Source of the DNA: Octopus bimaculoides
Lineage: Eukaryota
Direction of reading: 5' to 3'
Length of the DNA stretch: 64,000 nt
Assembly (NCBI RefSeq): GCF_001194135.2
Contig: NC_068999.1
Span: 25,305,000-25,368,999, forward strand
In this document: in pieces, positions 13,104 through 26,420 of the stretch
Numbering within the stretch: the stretch's first letter is position 1
Layout of the letters: each line of letters begins with the position of its first letter
Program-made: the position numbers and the translations under genes
Notes under the pieces: model-generated
Databases searched by the model: none
What the model was told of the DNA's origin: nothing
What the model saw: the letters and a program-made list of their open reading frames with translations, nothing else

Positions 13104-15410
13104 CAATAGATCCTGCTTTATAATCCACTGATAATAAATTCACCTGCTTAATGTATCCAAAATGGGTTGGGACAGAACTTTTACACATTAAATCTTTCAT
13201 TTAATAAATCCAGACCATCGCTTATAAATCCGATTGTCGTTGTTTCTTCCTACAGTGTCAACAAGTGTTAGTGAATGAATAAAATGTTTTGTTTTTCTCT
13301 CTTAAATACTGACAGGTAAGCTCCAGCAGCCACAGCCAGCCAGCTGTCACGTGGTACACTCCATCATTCAAAAGTAGATCAATAAATATGTAGTAGCTGG
13401 TGGTGGCTGCTGGAGACTACCACGCAACCCTGTCATTCATGCAAAAAAGTAGGCTCCAGGACATCTCTTATCAAGATTATGAGCCATCTCATTGGTTTCA
13501 GTACCGCATAACAGCTGACTGGTTGTGGCTGCTGGAGCCTACCTGTCAGTATTTAAGGGTATAAAAATGTGTCATTCATCATTCATGCAGAGAGGCAGAC
13601 ACACACAAGTTGTTCAAAATGCTCAAAATAAAAAGAGAGAGGCAGGACAAATCCATGGCAGAAAAGATTCAATTCTTAGAATGTTACAAAGCTCTTGGGA
13701 AAACAACTCAGCAGGAAGTAGCACAGAGTTTGGGAATTTGAAGAGGTCTGCTCCAGAATTTGCTAAGAAATGAGGATGACCTTCATACCAAAAAACATAA
13801 TGGCTGTTCATCAAAGAGAAAGTGCCAATGAGAAGGAAAGGACCAACAGATAGACCATGCTCTCTATGATTGGTTTCAATTTATTCACTCAAGAAATATT
13901 CCCGTCAATGGCCTGATCTTAATGCACAAAGGCCAACACCATTGTTCAAGCTACTGGACAGGATTTTAAGGCATATAAAGGTTTGTTTTACCATTGGCAA
14001 AAAAAGACATTGAAAATCTTTTACAGTTCAAGGTTAGCTTTGTAGTTCACTAGTTCACATTTTTCTCTTTAGAGAACACAAACTAAACATTTCATACTTT
14101 GCAGGTGATGCAGCTGAAGCTGACGTTGATGGAGCCCATCAACTTCATGAGACAACCATGCAGCTTCTGTTGAAATCATATCGGCCTCAGGACATCTACA
14201 AATGCAAATGAAACTGGGATCTACATTTTTCCATTATCAGGGAATACATATGTCAATGAGAGTTGCAAGAAAACTGTGAGGGGCTTTAAGACAGCAAAGG
14301 ACCATGTGACCTTAATGGTAGCCTGCAACATGGATGGAGACAAAGAAAACTTGCTCTTAATAGGAAAGGCTGGTTTGCCAAGATGCTTCAAAAATGTCAA
14401 AACACTTCCAATTCAGTACGACTTTTCAACCAATGCTCGGATGACAGGAAAATCTATGGAAGTTGACTCTTGGGATCGTCATTTGCAGGAATCTGGAAGA
14501 CAAGTGGTGGTCCTCCTTGACAATTGCTCTTCTCATGTTGTCATCGATGATCTCAAGAATATCACTTTAAAATTTTTTCCTCCCAACACAACATCAGTGC
14601 TGCAGTCCTGTGACATGAGGATAATCAAGACTTTGAAAGCCTACTTCAGACATAAAATGCACAAGAAGATCATTGATGTTATGGAAGACACTGTACATGA
14701 GATGTTTGCCCAAGATGTTGCAAAGTGGGTCACCATTTAAGATGACATGTACATGTTAAGCGTAGCTTGGAAGAAGATCTCTAGCCAGACATTCAAAAGT
14801 TGTTGGACCAAAGCTGGTTTTGTTTCAGTTGAAGGATCAAATGAAGCTATAGATGTCAATGAAGATTTGATCCTGCCTTCACCGCCAACTGGATTTACCA
14901 AAAAGCAATTCAAGAACTGGTTGTCTGTAGACAATGGTGCTGTTATTGCTCAGAGATCACTGAAGAAAAAAAACTAGATGAGATCATTCATGACATTCGG
15001 CAATCTGAGAAGGAAACCTAAGGAGATGAAGATGGCAATTCCGACATTGATGTTGATGAAAGAGTTCCAGAGCCTCCAACAATGGCTGAAATAAGGCACT
15101 ATCTCACTTGCTTAGAAAGTGGCCTTGAAAGTTTTGATTTCTGTAACATGAATCTTTTTAGAATTCTTAAGGAAAAAAGTTAATGCAGAGTTGCAAACGA
15201 AGTGTCCAGCAAAGCAAACAACACTCAACAAATTTTTCATGCAATGACATTATTTATAATGTTTTATTTGTGTATTTGCATATGTCTATAGTTTAATAAA
15301 TATACACGTTTAATCAATTGGTGAATTTTGCTCCTTCAGTTAATAAATCCCTCATTTAATAAATCCAAAATAAGCAGTCCCAAGATGCATTTATAAAGTG
15401 GTAGTCAACT
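13104..15410 (+). mobile_element. Decayed Tigger/pogo-family DNA transposon
   Basis: Contains the transposase relic below; degenerate TIR-like ends 'caatagatcctgctttataa' and 'ttataaagtggtagtcaact'; boundaries approximate. Confidence 0.8.
13655..15247 (+). pseudogene. Tigger/TIGD-like transposase pseudogene (CENP-B-type HTH plus DDE_1 domain)
   Basis: MAEKIQFLECYKALGKTTQQEVAQSLGI*, IDHALYDWFQFIHSRNIPVNGLIL, KDHVTLMVACNMDG, VVLLDNCSSH, FFPPNTTSVLQSCD and C-terminal KQTTLNKFF; stops and frameshifts present. Confidence 0.9.
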
Positions 15411-15863
15411 CTCAACCATTCCAGTCAACTCCTTGCTTTTGAGTTTCAGTTTGAACTTTTTATTTACATCAAGGAAAGTCTTCCACAAAAGTGTTCAATG
15501 TAATGGATTTTTTTTAATGCCCATTGCCTTGAAAAAAACCATCTCATGGTTACTATTAAAATCTCAGATCACTTGTCATGTGAGATATCTATCCTCTTCA
15601 TACTCAGTCAGCTTCTTGCTGTCAGTCATCATTTAATTTTGACTTCTCCAAATCCCAACAAAAGGTTCCTCCTTACCTATTTTAGCTGCTGTTGATACTA
15701 CCAATAATTCAACATTAGTAACTTCAGACCGAGTTTTCATTGGTAACAAATTTCTTTGTTTTGACCTAAAAATTTGTGGCTTGATTCTTCAGTAAAGTGT
15801 TGTTTATAACCTAAACAAAAACAAGTTTTATGTAATAAAATATATAATTATTTTGTTTTTAAC

Positions 15864-15995
15864 CTTTAGTCCACGTGGTCCTTTTATACCAGGGTCGCCG
15901 GCATATCCACGTGGTCCTTTCTCTCCCTGAAGGCCAGTGTATTCACTTGGTTTTATTACTTGACCCAAATTCTGGCCAGGCTCTCCATCTGGGCC
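15864..15995 (-). CDS. COL4A: Collagen IV exon (132 bp, phase 0-0)
   Basis: taaag|GGC CCA...CTA AAG|gttaaa; GPDGEPGQNLGQVIKPSEYTGLQGEKGPRGYAGDPGIKGPRGLK. Confidence 0.95.
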
Positions 15996-16647
15996 CTTTA
16001 AAAAAGAATAGTAAAAATAAAAGTAGTTACCAAGTACATTTAACAGCCATGACAAAGTATAATTCCTCATCTTAAAGACAAATTACTGAACATGAGATGA
16101 ACCCACAGGTTAACTGAGAATTTAGGAATATAGTCTATAGCATACGATGTACTGAGGGACAGTGCAGAAACAAGACAACATATATTGGGGGTACAGGTAG
16201 GTAAACACTGGCAGGAGCTCAAAGAGGAGAAAAGATTGTCAGTGCTCTACCAGCATGTTTAGTTAGAACATAGAGGCTTGGTTAATAACATAAATGTTAA
16301 GGTATTATCAACACATACAACAAACACAACACTTAGACAGATTACAGAGGCCACACACATAGTAATGGACAAACTGAGTCTGAACAGAAACACAAATGGA
16401 CCAATAACACCCCACCACCACTACTACACTACGCAACACTATGACTAAAGAGAGAATGGGAAAAAAGACACAGATACAAACAATATAATACATAAACCTA
16501 TATACACACAAAAGACATACATACCTAAATCGAAATGGAAAGAAAAATAGTGAGATAGAAAAACAAAATAAACTAAATAAAGGGCACAGATACGAACAGT
16601 AAGCGAACCCATATACATACAAAATGCATACACAACACACAGACATG

Positions 16648-16684
<37 letters not shown>

Positions 16685-17456
16685 GATGAAAGATTTCCAG
16701 ACAAATGACATAAAATAAAAACAATAATAAAATAGGTCTGAAGTGAGGAAAGAATATATAGTGCGTGTGTCTATTTAGCAAGAAAAAAAAGGAAGAATGA
16801 CCATCCTGAAATATAACAATATCTGTTTCAACACATGATTTCTCATCAGGAGTCTTGCAAAACAAATACATAAATGTAGTTAAATCATATTTTGCATAAT
16901 ATTTTATAACAATAAGTTACTTCTTAATTCCATCAAGAATTTTCTTTACAGCCAAACAAATTTTCCTATTATAAATAAAAAATATTTTATATTTTATCTT
17001 CACTTTAAACCAGTAACTGTTGAGCTCCATCTACATTATTTTAAACTTACTTCTTTAGAGGCACTAAATTCAGATACATAATAAGGAAGCAACAATCAGC
17101 AATTCATCTTTTGTACTCTGGCTATTAGTACTCAATGCATGATTCCATTTTTGATCTCTCCAATTAGGATTTCAGATCCTCAAAACAGAATGAAAATTGT
17201 TACCACACAAAAAATAATTGATTTTTTCCTTAATTTTCTACGTCACCTTGACCTCCTCAGTGAATAATTCTAATCATTCTTTTGTAAATTTCATCTTCAT
17301 TTAAAAACAAAGCTATATAAATAATGTAGTCACCTCAAAGCTATAATGACATATTGATCTCTTAATTTTTAGAAATAGGAATAAAATGAAATTTTAAAAG
17401 AAATTCTAAGCATTTGTACCAATGTATTATTAGTGTATTAATTTCAAGATATTTAC

Positions 17457-17543
17457 CGGTTCACCAGGGTCGCCTGTTACTGCTTTACCATCTTCACCTC
17501 TGGGTCCAATACTACCCATTACACCTTTTCTACCTTTCACACC
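17457..17543 (-). CDS. COL4A: Collagen IV exon (87 bp, phase 0-0)
   Basis: aacag|GGT GTG...GAA CCG|gtaaat; GVKGRKGVMGSIGPRGEDGKAVTGDPGEP. Confidence 0.95.
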
Positions 17544-19397
17544 CTGTTAATAAAGATGGGATTTCAGGTAAGATTTCAATAGAAAACAAAAAATCATAAT
17601 TTCAGTTTGATCATATATCAATTTTGCAGAAATGTAAAGGAATCTGTTTGTAAATGCATATAAAAGTACCTGCTTTTGTATGTGAGTCTGTATATGGCAA
17701 TATATATTTATTTCTGTATCCTTTTCTAAGTGTGTGTACACACACGCACACATGCACACACACACACACGCACACACATATACATGGTACAACAAATAAT
17801 GGAAATACCACTTTTTATTTAACTATATTCTACTATTAGAAGTATGACAGATTCATAATTGTTCCAGTCTGTATATATATCTTCATATGTATTGTGTATG
17901 ACTTGTATTTCATGATAAAGCCCTCAGTTTTTCTTTTCCTTTCTTTTTCTGCTTTTAGCTATCTTACTAATACTAAAACTCTAGAAGATGTTTGTTTGTT
18001 CTTGAAATATTTCAGAAATAGCATATTATATCTTAATCTTTTTACATATATATTTTCATACTTACTTTAAGCAGTACAGTATGAGGTTTTGTGATATTTG
18101 TACCTCTATTTATTAATGAAAACGATTAAACACAATTTTGTTTGTTATTTCTTGACAAAAAGAAACATGGTTTCCATGGTGTCAACACACATACAGAATA
18201 CACAAACAGATAATGAATGCCATGGTGTGTGAATCAACACAAACACACATACACTATTTGTGACATATACACACAGTCTTTCTTGTTTTTTGTAAACTTT
18301 AAGGCTTCTCCCATCATTTTAAGTGCATAGTGCAAAAATAAAACAAAAACATTGGCCAAGATCGGTACTGAATGGGGAAGGGGGAAGCTGGGAAAAATTC
18401 ATAAATTAGAATTTTTTTATTTTTTCACCGAAAGGCATCTCCTTTGTTTTTAAGTGCATAGTGCAAAAAAAAAAAAGAAAAGAAAAGAAAAGTGGACAAA
18501 ATCAGTCTGGAAGGCAGAGAAGGGACAATTCATAAGTTTGCAAAATTTTTTATCATTAAAAAGTTTCTCCCCAGCAGTTAAAGGAGTGGTGAAAAACAAA
18601 TTTAAAAATCCCTATCAACATGGAGAAAATCCCCCTTACATGGGTGTGCTATTCTGAAAGTCTGCCAAGGTATTCTATTGTGAAAATTATCCAGCAATGA
18701 CAGGATATTCATCTAGTTTATATTTAAATAAGTTAAAATGCATGACCTATCTGATTTTCAAAGAGGATAAATTGTTGGAGCTCAGTCACTAAAACTGAGA
18801 ATTGTTTAATATTTTGAGAGGTACAGTCTCTAAAATCATGTTGACGTTTTAAAACCAAACTCAAACCAGCTCTGGTATACATAATTCTTGGTGGATAGAG
18901 AAGCAAAGCTCACAAACAAGGAATCACAGAATAGTGGAACATACTGCATTTAAAAATGATTGAACTATAAATGCAAAAGTAAAAACAGAGCTAAGCCACT
19001 CCGTTGCCAACCTTGTATCAACCAAAACCACTTGTCATGAACCCCATAAAGCTGGATATTGTGCTCCTGTCCTCTATCAACATCGATAAGTGGAAAAAAT
19101 GGTGTCTAGACTATCAAAAGTGGTCATCATTCACTCTTTCTCCTAATTTGGGATAAGTTTATGTCTGGAAACAACCCAAAGAAGCCTTCAACCCTGGCTG
19201 CTTGGCCCCTACCATGCAAGACAGAGGGTGTCTTATGATGATTTGGACAATTATATCATGGAATTCTCTTTAGTTGTGCTACATGGCAGAGGTAATGCTA
19301 AGATTTATCTGAGTATTTTGGCTGTTCATATCCATTCTATAAACATTGTTCCCTGATGGTAGCACAACTTTCAAGGATGAAATGTGTTGATTTACAT

Positions 19398-19727
19398 GGC
19401 TAGTATTATCCTAAATTCATACAAAGGGCACAAACATGAAGTAGACAACTTGGTTTGGTCCCCACAGTCACCAGATTTTGATATAATCAAACATTTATAA
19501 TGCATATTGGCACAAGACCCAAAGTACCACTTCTCTGAACCTTCACTACTGAAAGAACTAAAGCACATTTTACTTGAACAATGGTTCAAAATTCCTTTTA
19601 ACAATCCTTTAGAACTTGCATGAATCAATTCTTCAACTGTGGTTGATGCCAAAGATGGACCAACTTTGTATTGAATAATAAGACTTCCATTTAACAAGAT
19701 GTTACCATTATTGTACCCAACCCCTTT
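19398..19727 (+). mobile_element. Tc1-like transposase 3' fragment with probable right TIR
   Basis: HEVDNLVWSPQSPDFDIIKHL*...LKELKHILLEQWFKIP...VVDAKDGPTLY* matches the Tc1 WPxQSPDLNxIExLW and AKGGxTxY motifs; ends in 'accattattgtacccaacccct'. Confidence 0.8.
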
Positions 19728-20519
19728 ATGTATTTGGTTGACTAAACCCATCAAGGTCAATGAAGTCAACTCAGTATTTATTCTATCAGGCTCTTCTTGC
19801 TGAACTACAAAATGGTGATCTGTAAACAAATCAACACTGGTTATCAAGTAGTAACACACACACACACACACATACATATATTCATATGGTGATTGCTTCA
19901 TCTTCACAGATGATCGCTGTCCCCTCGTGCTTCATTGTTATCAGTGACATTTCTGACTTTCCATCCATGACATCTCAGATGACTATTCAGTCCCATTGCA
20001 GATCTGCATGGTTTGAAGCATAGATGACAGACAAAAGTTGTAACTTACTTTGCACTTCCAACTGGTTAAGTTTATTGTCATAGGACATTCAGTAAATAGA
20101 ATGACAAACAGTAGTCACCATAAAGAAACATGGATACTGTGACAACAGCTAGGAGTTCCTCACTTCAAGTACTTTTACTGACTAAGTATTTCTGCATCCC
20201 TATGTTCAGATGGAACATCATCAAATATGATATTTAATCCTGTGGCAAGTGCTATCACACCAAGTCACAGTAGACGTGAGAACACTAGTAACTGAGACGT
20301 TGTTCTTCACTATTCAAAACACTGGAACTCTTAAACTAAAGCTCCACAACTGAATACTGACTAAAGTCATACCAAAAATGCAAATGTAATGAAAAATTAT
20401 TCTTCAGAGTTATGCTCTTTTGCTGCAAATGTCAAATGTTTCTCATTTCATGTACACTTAATCCCTATTCATTCATTGCAGGGGAAAGCTACATATTATT
20501 GTGCTTAAAAGTTACCTAC

Positions 20520-20582
20520 CAAAGGACCAATTATACCTGGTGGACCTCTGGCTCCAGCAAAACCACCAAAACCAGGAACACC
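20520..20582 (-). CDS. COL4A: Collagen IV exon (63 bp, phase 0-0)
   Basis: tgtag|GGT GTT...CCT TTG|gtaggt; GVPGFGGFAGARGPPGIIGPL. Confidence 0.95.
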
Positions 20583-21462
20583 CTACAAACAATGTAAAAT
20601 ACCAATTTTATAAGAATTACAGAGTGTTAGTTACAAAATTCTTAATATTTTATTGTAAATTGAAATAGAAAACATCAATACATATAAAAGAGTAGTTGTT
20701 GAAATTCATAATATCATAATATCATAAACATCATAATATGAAAATGGATACAATAAGTAAAAGAAAATGTTTAATTACAAAACTTGCTTAACAGTTGTTC
20801 AATATATTTAGACTGACAACAATCACCAGCACATCTTTGCCACCTTCAGTCATGACTGCTTTCCAGAGTACAAGTTCTCAAAATAAAATATAAACTTTGA
20901 TAATGCAAAAGCAACAGATTCAGTTGTTTTTCTCTTTCTTAGAGGGTGTTTTAATGAAATTTTCTTTATACCATAGTTATACAAGGATGGGCAGTACCCA
21001 GGGCATAATCCATAGCTTCCAAAACTAAGTGGCAAAAGCTAATAAAAACCATGATTCTTGGATTCCTGCAATAGGAAGCAGTTCAATATCATTTCAAGTT
21101 ATCTTCAGACTAGAGACTTAGTCTTATTGCTTGCTTGCAATAGGGTAAACTATGCTAAAGGCATGCAAGGACTGGGTGACGGTGTTAAAGTGGACTAATT
21201 TAAATCTACCACCAAGAACAGATATAATCCATCTGATAAGTATCTGTGCAGTTTCAGTGTATTCAATTACATATCCCCAATGGTTTATGTTGTGAGATTG
21301 AACACTGAAATATGAGAATGCAAAGGGAATTTCTTAAATACACAACCATGACAGTGAGTAAAGTAATATTCTAAAAGAATGCATTGTAGGTTATAGTGGA
21401 AGATGAAGAAAAACGGTAGTGACTATTATAACTGATGCATAAAAGCTGCCAGAGTGTGAGTA

Positions 21463-21680
21463 TGAGGTGGGTGCTGAAAAGTTCCTGGCTTTGGGGAAAA
21501 GAAAATACAGGCGGATCAGTTAATTATGACTTTATTCAACATATTCCCCTCTCAGATTCACAGACTTATTGCAGTGGACCTTCAGTTTTTTCTAAACCCT
21601 ATAAAAGAACTTGGAAGATTTGGCCACCAACCAGGCCTTTTGCAATACCCGTAAATCAAGAACTTTTCAGCACTCCCATG
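21463..21680. mobile_element. Mariner-derived MITE
   Basis: TA flanks; TIRs 'tgaggtgggtgctgaaaagttcctgg' and 'caagaacttttcagcactcccatg'. Confidence 0.8.
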
Positions 21681-22077
21681 TAGTGTAAGCACAAGAGTGT
21701 AGGGCTTTGGGGAGGAAAGCTGACTGAACTTTTGCTCCCCACTCGCAAAGATGTGCATATTTAATATACATATTAAGCTTTTTGTATTTTCCTTTTCTAT
21801 ATTTAAACTATTATCACATTGATAAATAATTTTATTAGTATAACAATGTATTATTAGGAGCAGACATTTTTGTCATTATTTATTATGATAGTCACAATGA
21901 AAAAATCCTTTACAGGATAATTTTAATAATTTTAATCAAATTATAAAGGCCTTTAAATAAACTTTATTTCATAATAATACACCCTGATTTGTAGATTAAC
22001 AGTCTCATAATGATTTAATTTCATTAAAAAATCATATAGTATGTTCTTTTTATTACTACTATTATAATTATTATTTT

Positions 22078-22693
22078 CCACCGAGGCCAACTTTGCCTTT
22101 CATCCTTTGGGGTCAAGGAAATAAGTACCAGTTGCACACTTGGGCTTAACATAATCAACTAGCCCCAACAACCAAAAATTTCAGGCCTTGTGCCTATAGT
22201 AGAAAGGATTATTGTTGTTATTATTATAATTATTATTATTATTATTATTATTAAAAAGGAAAGCTAGCAGAATGGTTAGCATGCCGGGCAAAATGCTTAG
22301 CAGCATTTCATCCATCTTTACATTCTGAGTTCATATTCTGCAAGGGTCGACTTTGCCTTTCATCTTTTCGGGGTTGATAAATTAAGTGCCTGTGAAATAC
22401 TGGGGGTCAATGTGATCGATTTACACACTCCCCACAAATTTCAGCCCTTGTGCCTATAGGAGAAAGGATTATTATTATTAAGGCAGCAAGCTAGCAGAAT
22501 TGTTAGTGCACCAAGCAAAATGCTTAGTGACATTTTGTCCATCTTTATGTTCTGAGTTCAAATTCTACCGAGGTCAACTTTTCCTTTCATCTTTTCAGGG
22601 TCAATAAATTAAGTACGAGTGAAACAATAGGGTCAATGTAATCAACTAGTCCCCTCCTCACAAATTTCAGGCCTTGTACCTATTGTAGAAAGG

Positions 22694-22743
<50 letters not shown>

Positions 22744-22752
22744 CATCATCCT
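22078..22752 (+). mobile_element. Three head-to-tail tRNA-type SINE copies, each ending in (ATT)n
   Basis: The unit 'agctagcagaat.gttag...gagttcaaattct...actttgcctttcatc...tgtgcctatagtagaaagg(att)n' occurs at about 22078, 22255 and 22480, with A-box-like and B-box-like motifs; the first copy is 5'-truncated. Confidence 0.85.
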
Positions 22753-23087
22753 CATCATCATCATTCAGTCAATTGAGAAAAGTTCATCTAGAATCTTTCT
22801 CTGATTTCATGACAACAGCATTTTCTTATTTTGATGGCTTGGCTTATGAACATTGAAATATCATATGACTGACATTTTATAAGAGGCTTAGATATGGCTG
22901 ATCAAGATCTTTTAACAATGATAATGAAAATATTCTTTAAACCAACTTAAAAACTGGTAGAATACTCAACAAAATTACTTTTCTTTTAGTATTTATTGAC
23001 GTTGACAAAAAAAACAAACTGAATTGAATGTATTTCATAAAGAATATTGAAAATAAAAAGAAATTCGCTCGAAAGAATAATACATAC

Positions 23088-23162
23088 TGGAAATCCTTGT
23101 TTTCCATCTTCACCTCTGTCACCTTTCATTCTGCCAATAAATAACAGTTCACCAGGCTGGCC
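23088..23162 (-). CDS. COL4A: Collagen IV exon (75 bp, phase 0-0)
   Basis: attag|GGC CAG...TTT CCA|gtatgt; GQPGELLFIGRMKGDRGEDGKQGFP, with a type IV-like interruption. Confidence 0.95.
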
Positions 23163-23623
23163 CTAATTTTCATGAATACAGAATAATATTTCATATCAAA
23201 AGCACTATTTCTGATTAATTTGTTAATATCATGTAAATTTCTATACAGCATTATTTGTGTTGGTGTGAATAGAACTAGTATGCTTAGTGTTTGCAAAAGA
23301 GATTCAATTTGAAATATGGATAATTATTTAATTATTTCAGAATATCATTAAATACTTGTATTCATTACATTTTTATGGAAATCTTATATTTTCAATAACT
23401 ACAAGTGAAATGTAGATTATTAATCAGATATTTAACTATTTGTAACTATAAAAAGAAAACCTAGAATAATATATAATCTAATGAATTCATGATAACTATT
23501 TTGACATAGAACGATCATAAAAAACATACTTCTCATTGGATATAATCATATTACAATATTCAAAGTATCATAATTAAATATATCACGATAGAAATAACTA
23601 ATATTGTTTTAAAATAAACCTAC

Positions 23624-23704
23624 CTTAATACCATTTAAGCCAGGTAAACCAACCTCTCCAGGGCTACCAGCAATTCCAGGCCTTCCAGGTTTTCCATCAT
23701 GACC
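23624..23704 (-). CDS. COL4A: Collagen IV alpha chain, most 5' exon found (81 bp, phase 0-0)
   Basis: tttag|GGT CAT...ATT AAG|gtaggt; GHDGKPGRPGIAGSPGEVGLPGLNGIK, an uninterrupted Gly-X-Y run. Confidence 0.95.
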
Positions 23705-24240
23705 CTAAAAGAATTTTTTAAAAGGGATATTAATTAGACCAAATGTTTATTCAAAACTATCAGGTTTAACAAATGACTTTATTAATACAGAAAAATCTAT
23801 TGATTTCTTTTTCTATGAGAAACTTATAAACCACTTGCTGCCAATTGAAAGCTCCACATAGAGCTTTCAATTGGCAGCAGGTAGAGGTTGTCAGGAAAGA
23901 ATGTGCGCAGAAAAGAAGCTGATAATTTTTAACATGCTACCATAAAACTGCTTAAAGAACCAAGAAATACTTAGTAAATGTAATAATTTGGTTCTAAATA
24001 TAATGACAACTAAATTCTTAAAAATATCCCTAGTAAAATCTATCAAAGCTGCTACTTAGATATGAGCAGTCATGTATAAATTGCATAGCAACCCACTTTC
24101 TTGTTTTAGCAACACTTAAATTACTCTCCTGATGCAATATTTCAAATATATTTTATGACAACACTGCTTTTCTTGAGTGTTAATGATTTTACTTGCTAAT
24201 CACATTGAACAATAAATAATTCATTTATTGTTGTGCCCTT

Positions 24241-24340
24241 CCATTGTTATACCCCTCTAATGTTATGCCTCTCTATTGTCATACCCATCTGTTGTTATAC
24301 CCAACTGTCGTTATACCCAACTGTTGTTATACCCATTGTC
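24241..24340. repeat. Degenerate minisatellite of about 16 bp (tgttgttatacccaac)
   Basis: About 6 imperfect copies read directly. Confidence 0.75.
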
Positions 24341-25590
24341 TTAATAGATTTGTGACTGCCACTGTTGACTTCTGCCACCATCTTTGAATATCAGTATTGT
24401 TGGGGTATATATTCTGGGTGTACTAAGAGAATGCTGCATGTGCTCACACACACACACATACACACAACAGATGGTGAATTCATTATAGATATTTGGCTCT
24501 CTCGATAATATAATGACATTTCATAATGGAAAACTCATTTTCTGTTCTGTTATGAAATATAGTGGATGTAGTTTTGTCAAAGCACTGCTTACTGACAGCT
24601 AGTTTTATCATATACTAGCTTAAGTACCTAGCATTGCTCAGAAGTTTAAAGAACGTTAAAGGAAATAAATACATTTATTCTGATAAAAAATATTTGTTCA
24701 GAAAAATTCTATCAGATGATGTGAGTATAAACATAGTTATTAAAACAAATCCTGAAATCAATCACAGTTTAATTTTATAGAACTTCTAAATATACAATGC
24801 TGAAGAAACCCAAACAAGTGAACATGGCTATTCCTCTTAGAGAAAAGCACTAGAGAATGGAAGCAATGTATCAACAGAAATGATACTTTCTTGTACTTCT
24901 TTGTTTTTCTCATCAATGAAGACAGCCAAACATTCAACAAGTTGCTGTCCACTCGAAATATAGCCTACAGATATACTTCACTGCAAACACTAAGTCCAAC
25001 TGGCACAAAATCTACAGCCTCTTTCAAACAGTACTAGTATAAATCCATTGCAAAAACATCCCACCATATCATAAGTAGAACAAAAAGCAAAGGAGACAAA
25101 AGACCAAAGTGCTTCTACTATTGAAGGCTAACCTAACATACATTTTGACAATGCTTTGATAATGGAAGATGGTATATTGTACATGTCAGTCAACATGAAC
25201 ATATCTTTGTATGACTTTTCTATAAAGTATGAGGTTCAAATTCATTTCAAGATCCTTGGATAGTCAACAGAGAATTTTGCATCACTTATAAATATATATT
25301 TCAAACTTAGATTTCTGGATAGTGATGCCCAGTGGGTTACAAGATGGTCAAAAGGTTTTCTATTTCAAAGAGCCAAGGGATTTTGGGTTCTTTTTGCCTC
25401 ATCACTAAAATGCTTTGAACCATCTAATCCACTTCAACTTGGGTCAAGTATTAGGATAGCATTACTGAAAATTTCAAGTATCAAGTGTAACAGATGTACC
25501 CCAGTATAAAAAGGGGGGAAATTTACAATGGAGCCCTCATTAGCAATCAGAGGAACACTTTTGAAATTGTTTGGTTTAAATTATCTGTTA

Positions 25591-25621
<31 letters not shown>

Positions 25622-26154
25622 TAAGTGTGCATGTGTATGTTACTATACCTATATGTAAATACACATACATGTATCCAGAGAAGGAGTTGGAAATGTACTT
25701 AGAACCTTTAAATAAGGTATATTTACATTTACTTTCACTTAACCAGTTTCATAATACCATGATTTTCAAAAGTAGTGTGAAACAGAGTTAGCTGGTGTTA
25801 TATCTGTGTGGAAAAGAACTTGACTGACTCTCATTCAATGCCATATGGCCAAATGATAAGAAAAAAAAGTTCACTTTGCAACCACAAGGTCTCAGTTTTG
25901 ATCCCACTGCATGGCATCTTGCACATGTCATTCTCTGTTGTCTCCAGTCACCCCATATTGTAAAAGGGAAACCAAGTGCACAAAAAGTGTTTAGAAACCC
26001 ATCAGATGGATTATGCCTGTAATTCAAATGTACAGCCTTAACACTCAGTCATTCTGCCTAAAAATCACAAGAAGGATGTTCAGCTACTTATACATTGATT
26101 CAATGAATAAATAGTTCAGTATAATTAATCAACTGAGGCTACATCGTTGAGCAT

Positions 26155-26420
26155 ACATACATGCATACATGCCTGCATACATGTATGCATGCATACATAC
26201 ATACATGCTTGCATACATACATGCATACACACATGCATATATGTATATATGCATACATAGATATGTACATGTATGCATGCATACACACAAAGAAACACAT
26301 ACACACACAGATACATATTAATAAACACACACACAAAGAAACATACATGCAAACACACACACAAATACATATACACACACACACACACACAAAGACATCT
26401 TCATACAAACACACATACAT
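26155..26420. repeat. (TACA)n/(CA)n compound microsatellite
   Basis: Direct reading. Confidence 0.9.

Noticed and set aside
22078-22752. Regularly repeated units considered as a CRISPR-like array or tRNA genes
   Set aside because: Eukaryotic SINE copies with variable tails; no constant repeat-spacer structure and no complete cloverleaf
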